Shown here in pieces: positions 54,480-63,820 of a stretch of DNA of 64,000 nucleotides; position 1 is the first letter of the stretch; every line of letters begins with the position of its first letter. This DNA is from Oligoflexia bacterium (GTDB taxonomy: Bacteria > Bdellovibrionota > Bdellovibrionia > JABDDW01). The position numbers and the translations under genes were made by a program. The notes below the pieces were generated by a model. It did not search any database. It was not told the origin of the DNA and saw nothing but the letters and a program-made list of their open reading frames with translations. Location of the stretch: assembly GCA_023250675.1 (NCBI GenBank), contig JAHFAE010000002.1, positions 7,491 through 71,490 on the forward strand, given 5' to 3'.

Positions 54480-56156
54480 ATGAAGAAAAAGGGAATTTTA
54501 GAAGCTACTTTCATCGTGCTCATTACTTCTTACTTTCTATGGTTTGCTTACATTCTTATATTTAGCAATTACTGGGATTGGGATCAGCAATTGAGCCTCC
54601 TAGAAATAGAAAGGCGTTCGTGGATAAATGATTTTCACTGGCCCCTTTGGTCCTATCAACTTTGTGGGGGGGTGAGCAGAGCTGGCGACCCCCAATCCTA
54701 CGGGTTATCTCCCTTATTTTTAATACCCCTAATTTTCGGGTCCTTTATAGGTTCAAAAATCTTGGTTTTTTTCTCAAGCATTTTGGGTTTTTGGTATTTA
54801 AGAAAATTACTTCTTTTACTGGGCTATTGGTGGCTCCCCAATAATGATTCGAGTTCTAAAAACTACGTTGCTACCACACTAAGTCTATTGACGGTTTTTC
54901 AAAATTATTTTTTATGGAATTTTTTTGCAGGCCACCTTGTTTATCTTAATGTTTATCTGAGTTTTGGAGTAATTTATTATTTGGTTTACGCCTATGATTC
55001 TAAACTCACGAGACGAGACTACGTCAAAGCTACTTTACTTTCGATTTGTGTATTCGCAGGGGGAATTCAACTATTAGCCCTTTTTATCTTGGTTCCCCTC
55101 TTCCTTTTTCTCATTTTATTGGTTTTACCTTATTTACTAATGAAAAAAGTAAAACTTCGACATGAGTTATTAAAATCTTGGAGTTTTTTAGGTTTGGGTC
55201 TTTTAGTGGCAAGTATTAAATTCTACTTTATTGTTTCGTACCAAAACAAGTTTCCAAGAGTCTTGGCGGCCCATGATCCAGAATTTTATGACCCCACCCT
55301 TTTGCTTAAATTTTTATTTGTCCCCACTCAAGGATTCAGATTTTGGGATGGTTCAGAATCGCCAGGGCCCTGGTCCATATGGGAGTATAGTTTTTTCAGC
55401 CCACTGAATTATCTTTTTATTTTTTTCTTATTTATTAGAATGCGTTTTTCTAAAACGTATATTCAATTAAAATATTCTCAGAAAAGACTTTTAATACTTT
55501 GGGTGGTGTTTGGCGTACTTTGCGTTTTTCTATTTTTGGGAGAATTTAGCTGGTGGTCGCCGTTTGGTCTTCTTAATAGGGCTTTATTTTCTAACTCTAT
55601 TCGTGCCCCTGTCAGATATATTTTTCCATTTTTGCTGGGGATCCCGTTCGTACTTTATTTTCTGATATTAAACCTTCAAGTTCGTAAAACAGAATATTTA
55701 AAATACTTTTCAATAGCCTTACTCATCGTAGGCCTTTGTGGTTTTAATTCTGTTTCAGACCTTGTTGACAAAATCGGAACAGAAAAAATTTGGAACCTCC
55801 AAAATAGTCCTCTGAAAATGCGACAAATGACTGGAGGCGATCCCGTTCATATGTACAGTCAAATTCTTATGGGACGCGCCATGGTCAATTGTTACCAGCC
55901 CCTCTCCTACCCTTTCTTATTTCCTGAAGTGGGAAGAAACGACTTAGTAGACCTTATCTTCGACTCCCAACGAAAAGAAAACCCTCGTTGCCAACAAGAG
56001 AGTTATTTTACAGAAAACGACATCGTTATTTCGCCAGATTGTTCTAGCCAAGTTTGCGTAAACCTCAATGCCATTAATATTTATAAGAAATCAGAGTTTG
56101 AATTTAATACTCAAAAAAATAGGTACTGTCGCAAGCTCGTTAATCTAGGAAAATGA
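54480..56156 (+). CDS. Large polytopic membrane protein of unknown function (possible GT-C/YfhO-like envelope glycosyltransferase; speculative).
   Basis: 558 aa with more than 12 hydrophobic helices and a hydrophilic C-terminal ~130-aa domain containing 6 Cys. Confidence 0.45.
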   Translation: MKKKGILEATFIVLITSYFLWFAYILIFSNYWDWDQQLSLLEIERRSWINDFHWPLWSYQLCGGVSRAGDPQSYGLSPLFLIPLIFGSFIGSKILVFFSSILGFWYLRKLLLLLGYWWLPNNDSSSKNYVATTLSLLTVFQNYFLWNFFAGHLVYLNVYLSFGVIYYLVYAYDSKLTRRDYVKATLLSICVFAGGIQLLALFILVPLFLFLILLVLPYLLMKKVKLRHELLKSWSFLGLGLLVASIKFYFIVSYQNKFPRVLAAHDPEFYDPTLLLKFLFVPTQGFRFWDGSESPGPWSIWEYSFFSPLNYLFIFFLFIRMRFSKTYIQLKYSQKRLLILWVVFGVLCVFLFLGEFSWWSPFGLLNRALFSNSIRAPVRYIFPFLLGIPFVLYFLILNLQVRKTEYLKYFSIALLIVGLCGFNSVSDLVDKIGTEKIWNLQNSPLKMRQMTGGDPVHMYSQILMGRAMVNCYQPLSYPFLFPEVGRNDLVDLIFDSQRKENPRCQQESYFTENDIVISPDCSSQVCVNLNAINIYKKSEFEFNTQKNRYCRKLVNLGK

Positions 56157-56385
56157 CCAAAACTCCTTCGTTATGGCGACCTTTTGGGATTCGCTCGTAT
56201 TCCCACGGGTACCCGGCTCGTTTGAGGTATTCGATGACAATTTGCCGAACTTTTCCGGTTCCTTTTCCCGTCATAATGCGCGCCCGTTTTAATTTTAAGA
56301 GGTTTACTTTCATAATGAAAGCATCTACCGTGGCTTCTACGTCTTCAGCTATGAAACCATGCAAATCTAATAAGTCGTTTGCCAT
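56140..56385 (-). CDS. Smr-domain protein (stand-alone small MutS-related domain).
   Basis: LDLHG...MTGKGTGKVRQIV pattern, typical of Smr nuclease domains. 81 aa. Confidence 0.55.
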   Translation of the reverse strand: MANDLLDLHGFIAEDVEATVDAFIMKVNLLKLKRARIMTGKGTGKVRQIVIEYLKRAGYPWEYERIPKGRHNEGVLVIFLD

Positions 56386-56393
56386 CTATCACC

Positions 56394-57731
56394 TCAAACG
56401 GTCGGTTCTTGGCCTACGTCTAAGTAGACTTCTTTAGTATCGTCGTTATAACCAAAATATTCTGCAAAGCGACCCCAAGCAATGAGTGTCTCAACGATTT
56501 GATGGGGATTCTCGTTTGGTAACCATTCGCCAACTCTGGTTTCAAGGGTATCTATGGGAACACGTAAACTTTCTTCGGTTCTTAGTAAATTTGAGCTAAG
56601 TTGAACGATCTTCAATGCACCAAAAAGTTCATGGAGTACTCGTTTGCGAGAATTAATATCGCCTTCCGCAAAACGCTTTCCCAATTCTGTGAGAATGACA
56701 TTATGTCTGGGAGTGTCTACTAGATCTAAAAGTTCAGCAGCTTTAACCATATAGAGTGTCGTTCCAAAATCTTTTCCGATTTTCAAAGCTAACTCGAAAA
56801 TGTCCGCCCTTCCCCCTTGGTCAAAAATGACTTCGACAATACCGATAACATCACTAATCTGAACATTGGGCAAAGTTTCAATAGGTGGTTCACGCACAAT
56901 TTTGGGCTGAATCGTCGTCGCACCCGATGTAACTGCAGTCGCCGACGCCGTCGGGGCATCGGGCATATAAGTTTCTGTAATAAGATCATGAATTTTTGTG
57001 ACCATTCGTCGAAAGTTAGGGTCTTTATCATCTCGGGGGTAAGGCAAATCGTTTACGATTTCTGAGCGAATATGCCCTGGGTTTGTACCCATCACCAAAA
57101 TCTTTTTTGCCATATAAACCGCTTCTTGAATATTATGAGTTACCAAAACCAAAGTTTGAACAGATGTGTTTTTGGAGTGCCAAATGTTGACGATCTCCCA
57201 CCGCAACGTGTCTGCTGTTAAAACATCTAAAGCGCTAAAGGGCTCGTCTAAAAATAGAATGGGTCGTTCCATGACAAGGGCTCTTGCAATTCCTACCCGT
57301 TGTTTCATTCCTCCAGACAATTCTCGGGGGTAGGCTTCTTCAAACCCTTCAAGACCAACCAAATCAATGGCTTTTTTTACTCGAGCCCGCATTTCATGGG
57401 GTGAAATCCCCACGGGCCTAAGTGCTAATTCGATATTTGTATAAACAGTTTCCCAAGGAAATAGCGCGAAGGATTGAAAAACCAAAGCCACATCATAGTT
57501 TGTACCCAATAAAGGTTGACCATTAGCCAATACTTCTCCTGAACTTTGTTCAAGAAGCCCGCACATTATTCTTAAGCAAGTGGATTTGCCGGAGCCTGAC
57601 GGTCCAAGCAATGCGATAACGTCTTCACTGGCCACAGAGAAATTCACACCGTTGAGAACCTTGATCTCATTGCCCGATTCTAAAACATAATTTTTAGAAA
57701 CGTTTTTTAATTCAATTCTTGGAGTACTCAT
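56394..57731 (-). CDS. ABC transporter ATP-binding protein (NitT/TauT-type) with a ~180-aa C-terminal extension domain.
   Basis: Walker A LLGPSGSGKST. Signature LSGGMKQRVGIARAL. Walker B ILFLDEPFSALD. Confidence 0.7.
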   Translation of the reverse strand: MSTPRIELKNVSKNYVLESGNEIKVLNGVNFSVASEDVIALLGPSGSGKSTCLRIMCGLLEQSSGEVLANGQPLLGTNYDVALVFQSFALFPWETVYTNIELALRPVGISPHEMRARVKKAIDLVGLEGFEEAYPRELSGGMKQRVGIARALVMERPILFLDEPFSALDVLTADTLRWEIVNIWHSKNTSVQTLVLVTHNIQEAVYMAKKILVMGTNPGHIRSEIVNDLPYPRDDKDPNFRRMVTKIHDLITETYMPDAPTASATAVTSGATTIQPKIVREPPIETLPNVQISDVIGIVEVIFDQGGRADIFELALKIGKDFGTTLYMVKAAELLDLVDTPRHNVILTELGKRFAEGDINSRKRVLHELFGALKIVQLSSNLLRTEESLRVPIDTLETRVGEWLPNENPHQIVETLIAWGRFAEYFGYNDDTKEVYLDVGQEPTV

Positions 57732-59473
57732 AACGCATCCATTCGATACCTTGATTGGGCTAATTTATATAATTTGTCCCAAAGAGTTTGGTTTAATACC
57801 AAAACAACTATGATCATAAGGGTTAGGCTTGCCGCAAGCAAATTGAAATCAGGTTTTCCTGCAGCCGTACTGATGGCTGCTCCTAAACCTTTTGCCGCCA
57901 AAGTCTTGCCTTGATAAGAAATATATTCGGCCACAATACTAGCGTTCCAAGCGCCTCCAGCGGCGGTGACCCAACCGGTAACAAGAGAGGGAAAAACACT
58001 TGGTAAATACAAGGTTGTCCATCTATCCCAATGAGAGTTTTTCATAAGGTTTAAAGAATCCCCTAATTCCTGTGAAATTTTCAATGCACCAGCCAGAACA
58101 TTAAAAAGCACATACCACTGAACACCGAGCATCATCAAAAACATAGAACTCCAATCAAGGCTCATGCCCAAAGAAATAAATATAGCAAGAGCGAGGGGGT
58201 AGAGCATGGGTGCCGGAAACGACGCAAAAATCTGAATTATCGGCTGAGCTACGGCGATTCGTTTTGCCGATAATCCTATCCAAATTCCAACAGGAACGGC
58301 CCAAAGAGAACTTAGCGCTAACGCCCCAACGACTCGTAAAAATGTAAATCCAGTTGCGGAGAGAAGGTAAATCCAGGTTTCACCGTCAACATTGAGAAGA
58401 ATATTGACGAGTCTCATGAAACCCGCCCCCACAATACCTATGGCGACTACCCATAAAATCGGCTCTACATACTTGACCGACGAGTTCCAAATTTTTCTTG
58501 TCTCTCTGGTTGTCAAACCAATCATGCGTGGAAGAGGAATAGACTTTTCTGGAAGTTCAGTTCTAGTTCTTTTTCTTACAAGATATCGTCGATAAAATAC
58601 CTTTACTAAACGAATGAATCGGGACTCTCGGATAGCCAAGGTCATCAATGGCTCTTCAGGAGCAATGCCTGGCACATCTTCTAATCTGAATCGACGAACC
58701 CATGATAAAATCGGATGCCAGATAAATGTATCGAGCACAAAAATGATACAGACCATGGCAATAATGCCATTGAGCATGGCGCCTGTATCGCTTTTACTGA
58801 TGGCAACGGCCATGTAGGCGCCAACTCCGGGGATGCGATATTCTCTTTCGCCCAATGTAAAGGCTTCGCTGACACTTAAGAAAAACCATCCCCCCGCCAT
58901 AGACATAAGACTATTCCAAACCAAGTTGACCGAAGAAAAGGGCATTTCAAGGCGCCAAAATTTTTGCCACCATGTGAGGCCCATAATTTTTGAAGCTTCA
59001 GAGTAATCGCTGGGGAGAGATTTGAGGGACGAGTAAAATGAAAAAGTCATATTCCAAACTTGACCGGTGAAGATCATAATGATGGCTGCGAGTTCTAAGC
59101 CCAAATTTGTTTTCGGAAAAAGTGCAATAAGACCTAACACCAAACCAGGTAAAAATCCCAAAACCGGAATACTCTGTAAAATATCAATAAGAGGAATAAT
59201 AATTCGCTCGGCTTTTTTTGATTTTGCAGCAGAGTAACCAACAACAAGTGTGAAAGCCAAAGATAGAATATAGGCGACAAGCCCTCTCATTGCAGAAAAG
59301 AGTGCATATCGGGGTAGGGCACCTATAGATAAATCGATTTCAGTTACGGGGTGATAGTCGGCCTGCCATTGAGCTCCAATAGCGATAATGCCGTAGATGC
59401 AAGCACCCAACAAAAGAAAAATAAGAATATCGGCCGCAGAGAAATATCTTGGCGAAACAAAAACTTGACGCAT
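57728..59473 (-). CDS. ABC transporter permease with two duplicated NitT/TauT-type transmembrane domains fused in one polypeptide.
   Basis: 581 aa with two repeated 6-TM halves. Start/stop overlap with the ATPase gene. Confidence 0.65.
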   Translation of the reverse strand: MRQVFVSPRYFSAADILIFLLLGACIYGIIAIGAQWQADYHPVTEIDLSIGALPRYALFSAMRGLVAYILSLAFTLVVGYSAAKSKKAERIIIPLIDILQSIPVLGFLPGLVLGLIALFPKTNLGLELAAIIMIFTGQVWNMTFSFYSSLKSLPSDYSEASKIMGLTWWQKFWRLEMPFSSVNLVWNSLMSMAGGWFFLSVSEAFTLGEREYRIPGVGAYMAVAISKSDTGAMLNGIIAMVCIIFVLDTFIWHPILSWVRRFRLEDVPGIAPEEPLMTLAIRESRFIRLVKVFYRRYLVRKRTRTELPEKSIPLPRMIGLTTRETRKIWNSSVKYVEPILWVVAIGIVGAGFMRLVNILLNVDGETWIYLLSATGFTFLRVVGALALSSLWAVPVGIWIGLSAKRIAVAQPIIQIFASFPAPMLYPLALAIFISLGMSLDWSSMFLMMLGVQWYVLFNVLAGALKISQELGDSLNLMKNSHWDRWTTLYLPSVFPSLVTGWVTAAGGAWNASIVAEYISYQGKTLAAKGLGAAISTAAGKPDFNLLAASLTLMIIVVLVLNQTLWDKLYKLAQSRYRMDAL

Positions 59474-59523
59474 GCTTGTTTATACCGCTTTTAAAGATAT
59501 AACTCAAACTCAAGTAAGTTATT

Positions 59524-60873
59524 TCATAACATAGGTCGATTAAGACTCGGCCCGCAGTAGACTGTTGTGAGGGCGGGTGGGCCGGCACCAGCGGCGATCG
59601 GAATTGGAATTGCTAGGGTGCACGCAGAATCGGCGGGTGCTCCGCTTATTCTTACAGCAAGGCAAGTCCAAACGGCCTGTGTGAGCAAAGGCGGAGAACC
59701 CGTTGGAAGGAGGTTTTGCTCATACCGATCGCACCAAATCTGACCTGTAAGTCCCGCTGATGCTGGGTCAGCATTAGGTGTAATTGGAATCTGAATATTG
59801 TTTATGATTTTGACCGGTTGCTGAAAGGTCATGGCGTTACCAGCTAGATCGTTAAAGATTAAATTCTGCATTTGACTTGATACTGTTCCCGCTGCTCCTA
59901 AGTCAGTTGGCCTTTCGCATTGACTGGGCAATAAAGCTGCAGGGTCACAAGCGGGCACACTAATTGTAGAAACTTTGTCGGGCCAATCTCTGACCGCCGT
60001 TGCCACAGCGGTAGTCTGATCTGGTGGGTTGGCCAATGCCTTTGAAATTGGCTGAATATATTTTTCTAATTTAAAGAAAGACCTAAATAGTCCATTCATG
60101 AATCGATCAAAGCGGGCATAGACTTGAGGGTTTCCGTTTTCTCTGATGATCGTACCATTTTCAGAGAGACAATAATTCGTAGCTCGCCCCAACGGATCGG
60201 CGATACATCGAACGTTTCCGGCAGCTGGGACCGCAATACCTGCTGGAATTGGCCAGCATGCCCACGGAGCTGCATTTAGCGGATTGGCATTGTCACCAGC
60301 ACCATTATTAATACCAGTTAATTTTGCAAGGAAAAATCCGGCAGGGCAAAAACTTGCAGCTACAACGGCTGTTGGAGCCACGTTGGTGGGGGGCCAACAG
60401 CCGGGAATACCAGTTGGGCCATAAGCAAACACGTTGACTCCATTCACTTGGTTGCCACAATTAGTGAAGACACAGGTATTAGGTGCAGGAGCACTAAGAC
60501 ATGCCAAATAGGTGTCATAAGCAGCTTTATTGGCAGAATCTAAGGCGTTCATTGTTAATTGGCTTAAGTCTTCTGAAATGTAACTTGCTAAATAGGCTTG
60601 GCGAATAATTTGTTTTCTTTGTATGCGATAGTACATCCAAGACTGCATAGCAATAAAACTAATAGCAAAGACTACAGAGATGACCATGATTACAAGCATA
60701 GTGCTCTGGCCAAAACTGTTTGAAAAAAAACATGATTGTCTACCTAGCTTCACTTCTAAAATTTTTTCAGCAGGCCACAATTTGCTTTTCATATAATAAT
60801 AAAAAACCCTCAAATTAAAAATTCGCCAGGGGTAAAGCTGGCGGTGTAAATTTAAAATAGTAAACATTGCCAT
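59524..60873 (-). CDS. Type IV pilus assembly PilX-like / minor-pilin-associated protein (Gly/Ala/Pro/Cys-rich). An alternative start at Met28 (60792) avoids overlap with the upstream gene.
   Basis: N-terminal hydrophobic helix GQSTMLVIMVISVVFAISFIAM resembles PilX N-termini. Adjacent to a prepilin-type gene. Confidence 0.45.
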   Translation of the reverse strand: MAMFTILNLHRQLYPWRIFNLRVFYYYMKSKLWPAEKILEVKLGRQSCFFSNSFGQSTMLVIMVISVVFAISFIAMQSWMYYRIQRKQIIRQAYLASYISEDLSQLTMNALDSANKAAYDTYLACLSAPAPNTCVFTNCGNQVNGVNVFAYGPTGIPGCWPPTNVAPTAVVAASFCPAGFFLAKLTGINNGAGDNANPLNAAPWACWPIPAGIAVPAAGNVRCIADPLGRATNYCLSENGTIIRENGNPQVYARFDRFMNGLFRSFFKLEKYIQPISKALANPPDQTTAVATAVRDWPDKVSTISVPACDPAALLPSQCERPTDLGAAGTVSSQMQNLIFNDLAGNAMTFQQPVKIINNIQIPITPNADPASAGLTGQIWCDRYEQNLLPTGSPPLLTQAVWTCLAVRISGAPADSACTLAIPIPIAAGAGPPALTTVYCGPSLNRPML

Positions 60874-61732
60874 GAAGCCGCTCTACTACTGCTTCTCCAG
60901 AAATAAGCGATGCCCTTAAGGCATTATTTCTAAAGCCAATATCAATCGTCGTTACGACATCTTTGCCAAAAGGAAGCATTTCTGCATTACCACCGACTAA
61001 ATTTAAATTTGCCGGTGTATAGTCCCATTTGCTCTGGTCTGAATCTAAAAAATAACGACTAGTCAAAACGATTCGGGCACTGCGAGCTGCAGGATTCGTA
61101 AGGCCAGGACCAACAGGCGTCACTTCGACTCGCATACTTACCAATTGGTCAAAAAATATTCCGTCGGGTGAAGGGTGAAGATTTACGCCGGTAGGATCGG
61201 TGGCAATGTATAAAACTCCAGAGCTTGCAGGTCCTTTTAAATTACTATTTGGTTTTTGAAAAAAAATCCCCATGGCTCGAAACAAACTTGAGGTCGTGCC
61301 TACCTCTTCATTGAACACGGCTACTATTTCAGGATTGCCATCTTGAGCAGTGGCACTTGAGTCATAGCCATAACAAGCGCCCGCAGCTGCGGCGGGGCAT
61401 GTATCGGCGCCGCAAGCAAAGGGGGCTGCGGCAGTACATGGCACCCATGGCGCGATGATTCCACCAATCTGACCTTGGGTTGCTCCTGCAGCTGGGGCGA
61501 CAGGGCCACCGGTAACTGCAAGATTCACTGCTTGAATCATATGGGTTCGTAAAAGGTATGAGGCTTCTTGCATATTTGATTCAACGGTATTCATGTCTTG
61601 CAAAAGGGCAAATTGCTGCATTCCGTAAACGGCAATAGACGCCAATGCCATGGCAGCTACAAGGCCTATAGCGCATGTAATGACCAGTTCGATTAAAAAC
61701 TGCCCTCTTTGACTATTCAATTGAAACCCCAC
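60815..61732 (-). CDS. Type IV pilus minor pilin (PilW/PilV-like) with a prepilin-type N-terminal cleavage/methylation motif.
   Basis: QRGQFLIELVITCAIGLVAAMALAS: cleavage after G, Glu at +5, hydrophobic helix. Cys-rich globular part. Confidence 0.6.
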   Translation of the reverse strand: MGFQLNSQRGQFLIELVITCAIGLVAAMALASIAVYGMQQFALLQDMNTVESNMQEASYLLRTHMIQAVNLAVTGGPVAPAAGATQGQIGGIIAPWVPCTAAAPFACGADTCPAAAAGACYGYDSSATAQDGNPEIVAVFNEEVGTTSSLFRAMGIFFQKPNSNLKGPASSGVLYIATDPTGVNLHPSPDGIFFDQLVSMRVEVTPVGPGLTNPAARSARIVLTSRYFLDSDQSKWDYTPANLNLVGGNAEMLPFGKDVVTTIDIGFRNNALRASLISGEAVVERLHGNVYYFKFTPPALPLANF

Positions 61733-61779
61733 ATCAGAAAAGACTAGCCCAAATACTTATCGGAACCTAGACTAAATAC

Positions 61780-62991
61780 TTGAGTTCCAGGTCTAGCCCT
61801 AGTGGTAAAGACGCCCCATTTTTGAAAGGTTTTGCAGCCATGAGTAAATCTAATGGTTTTGATACAAATTCAATTCACGCCGGTGAGCCCAAACCCAGAA
61901 TAAAAGGGGCTATAACATTGCCGATATTTCAATCGGCGACTTATGACCACGATGAAGACTTAAAATACGACGATATCAAATATATGAGGCTGAGCAATAC
62001 GCCCAACCACGAAGCCCTTAATAAGAAATTGGCCATTCTTGAAAATGGAGAAGAGGGGTTTGTTGGTGCAAGTGGAATGGCATCCATTTCTGCTACTCTT
62101 ATTTCGTGCCTTGAAAAAGGGGATCACGTTCTTTTACAAAACGGAATTTATGGTGGCACTTATGGTTTAGTAACCCAACACTTTCCTGCCATGGGAATAG
62201 ATTTTGACTTTATTGATGCCACAAATAAAAATCAATGGTCCTCAAAACTCAAACCCAAGACAAAAGCCATTTACGTTGAAACCATATCTAATCCGCTTTT
62301 AGAAATTCCTGATCTTAGGGCCGTGGTTGAATTTGCAAAGGCAAATCGTCTCATGTCAATTATTGATAATACATTTGCCAGTCCCGTCAATTTTAGACCC
62401 ATTGAAGTCGGGTTTGACTTGGTTGTTCATAGTGCGACTAAATATCTCAATGGCCATAGTGATATTGTGGCTGGTGTCGTTGTGGGGCGAAAATCTCAAA
62501 TTCAAAAAATTGCAAAAAAGCAAAAGTATTTTGGGGGAAGTCTAGATGCCCATGCCTGTTTTTTATTGCAGCGGGGACTAAAGACATTAGGAGTTCGAAT
62601 GCGCTATCAAAATGAAAGTGCCCTCAAGATAGCTCAACACCTAGAAAAACATTCTGAGATTTCAAAAGTTCATTACCCGGGGTTAAAGTCTCATGCTCAA
62701 CATTCACGTGCTCAGGAATTGTTTTCAGGATTTGGCGGAATGATTAGTTTTCGAGTTAAAGACCCTTCTCAAAAAGCTCAAAGCCTCTTAAAGAAATTAG
62801 AACTCATAGCCCATGCGCCAAGTCTTGGTGGGGTAGAATCCCTCATCACAAGACCTGCCCATTCAAGTCACGGCAATCTATCAAAAGAAGACAAAGAAAA
62901 AACAGGAATTACAGATGATCTTTTTAGACTCTCGGTGGGTCTTGAAACAACGTCTGATCTTGTTGCTGAATTGGACTCTGCTCTTTCTTAG
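61780..62991 (+). CDS. Cys/Met-metabolism PLP-dependent enzyme (cystathionine gamma-synthase/beta-lyase or methionine gamma-lyase family). Probable start at the internal Met (MSKSNGFDTNSIHAGE).
   Basis: PLP-lysine context VVHSATKYLNGHSD. N-terminal TxSIHAGE motif. Confidence 0.65.
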   Translation: MSSRSSPSGKDAPFLKGFAAMSKSNGFDTNSIHAGEPKPRIKGAITLPIFQSATYDHDEDLKYDDIKYMRLSNTPNHEALNKKLAILENGEEGFVGASGMASISATLISCLEKGDHVLLQNGIYGGTYGLVTQHFPAMGIDFDFIDATNKNQWSSKLKPKTKAIYVETISNPLLEIPDLRAVVEFAKANRLMSIIDNTFASPVNFRPIEVGFDLVVHSATKYLNGHSDIVAGVVVGRKSQIQKIAKKQKYFGGSLDAHACFLLQRGLKTLGVRMRYQNESALKIAQHLEKHSEISKVHYPGLKSHAQHSRAQELFSGFGGMISFRVKDPSQKAQSLLKKLELIAHAPSLGGVESLITRPAHSSHGNLSKEDKEKTGITDDLFRLSVGLETTSDLVAELDSALS

Positions 62992-63769
62992 AAAGATGAA
63001 GGGCGCGGCCTTTACGCAAAATACTCATATCTAAATAGTGGGAGGGGAGCCCCGAGAAGGCCTGGTCTTCATCTACGAACCAATTAAATTTGACCAAATG
63101 AAAGAGAGCGGCCAAGCCATCCTTCCAATTTATCTTTTTGCCATGCAGCTTTGTTCTGGGGAAATACGAAATAGGAAGTTCAAAAATTCTTACCCGAATC
63201 TTAGCAAGGTAAGCTGTGAGTTCGACCTCAATACCAAATCTTTTAGACTTTAAATTCATATTCTTTAAAAGATCGGCTCTAAATATTTTGTAACAGGTTT
63301 CCATATCGGTCAGATAAATACCTGATAAGAGATTACTCAACAATGTCAGAAATCGATTCACAAAATAATGATAGGTGCGGTGAACTTGCCAAACGGTACT
63401 TTTAAATCGACTTCCATAGACCACATCAGCTTTGTCATCAATTAGGGGTTGAATAAGTGCGGGAATATCCCACGGGTCGTATTCAAAATCGGCGTCTTGA
63501 ATCATGATGAAATCCCCTGTGGCTATTTTTACCCCTTGAACAATGGCCGCACCTTTACCTTGATTTGGGTTTTGAGCTACCAATTTAAAACCATAGGAGA
63601 AACTTAGCCTTTTAAGAACTTGGAGACTTTTATCATTGGACCCATCGTCAATAAAAATCCATTCCCTTTCAATAGGGCAGGGAGCCGACATGAGAAATCT
63701 AATGATTTCTTCTAAATGGGCATCTTCATTATAAACTGGTACCAGTACGGAAAGCTTTGGCATGGGCAT
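62924..63769 (-). CDS. Family 2 glycosyltransferase.
   Basis: LSVLVPVYNE...IFIDDGSNDKS and a DxD-like QDADFE motif. Confidence 0.6.
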   Translation of the reverse strand: MPMPKLSVLVPVYNEDAHLEEIIRFLMSAPCPIEREWIFIDDGSNDKSLQVLKRLSFSYGFKLVAQNPNQGKGAAIVQGVKIATGDFIMIQDADFEYDPWDIPALIQPLIDDKADVVYGSRFKSTVWQVHRTYHYFVNRFLTLLSNLLSGIYLTDMETCYKIFRADLLKNMNLKSKRFGIEVELTAYLAKIRVRIFELPISYFPRTKLHGKKINWKDGLAALFHLVKFNWFVDEDQAFSGLPSHYLDMSILRKGRALHLSKKEQSPIQQQDQTLFQDPPRV

Positions 63770-63820
63770 AGTTCTATATAATTGTATTTGAATTTACAAA
63801 GAATTTGTTTAGATCAACCG

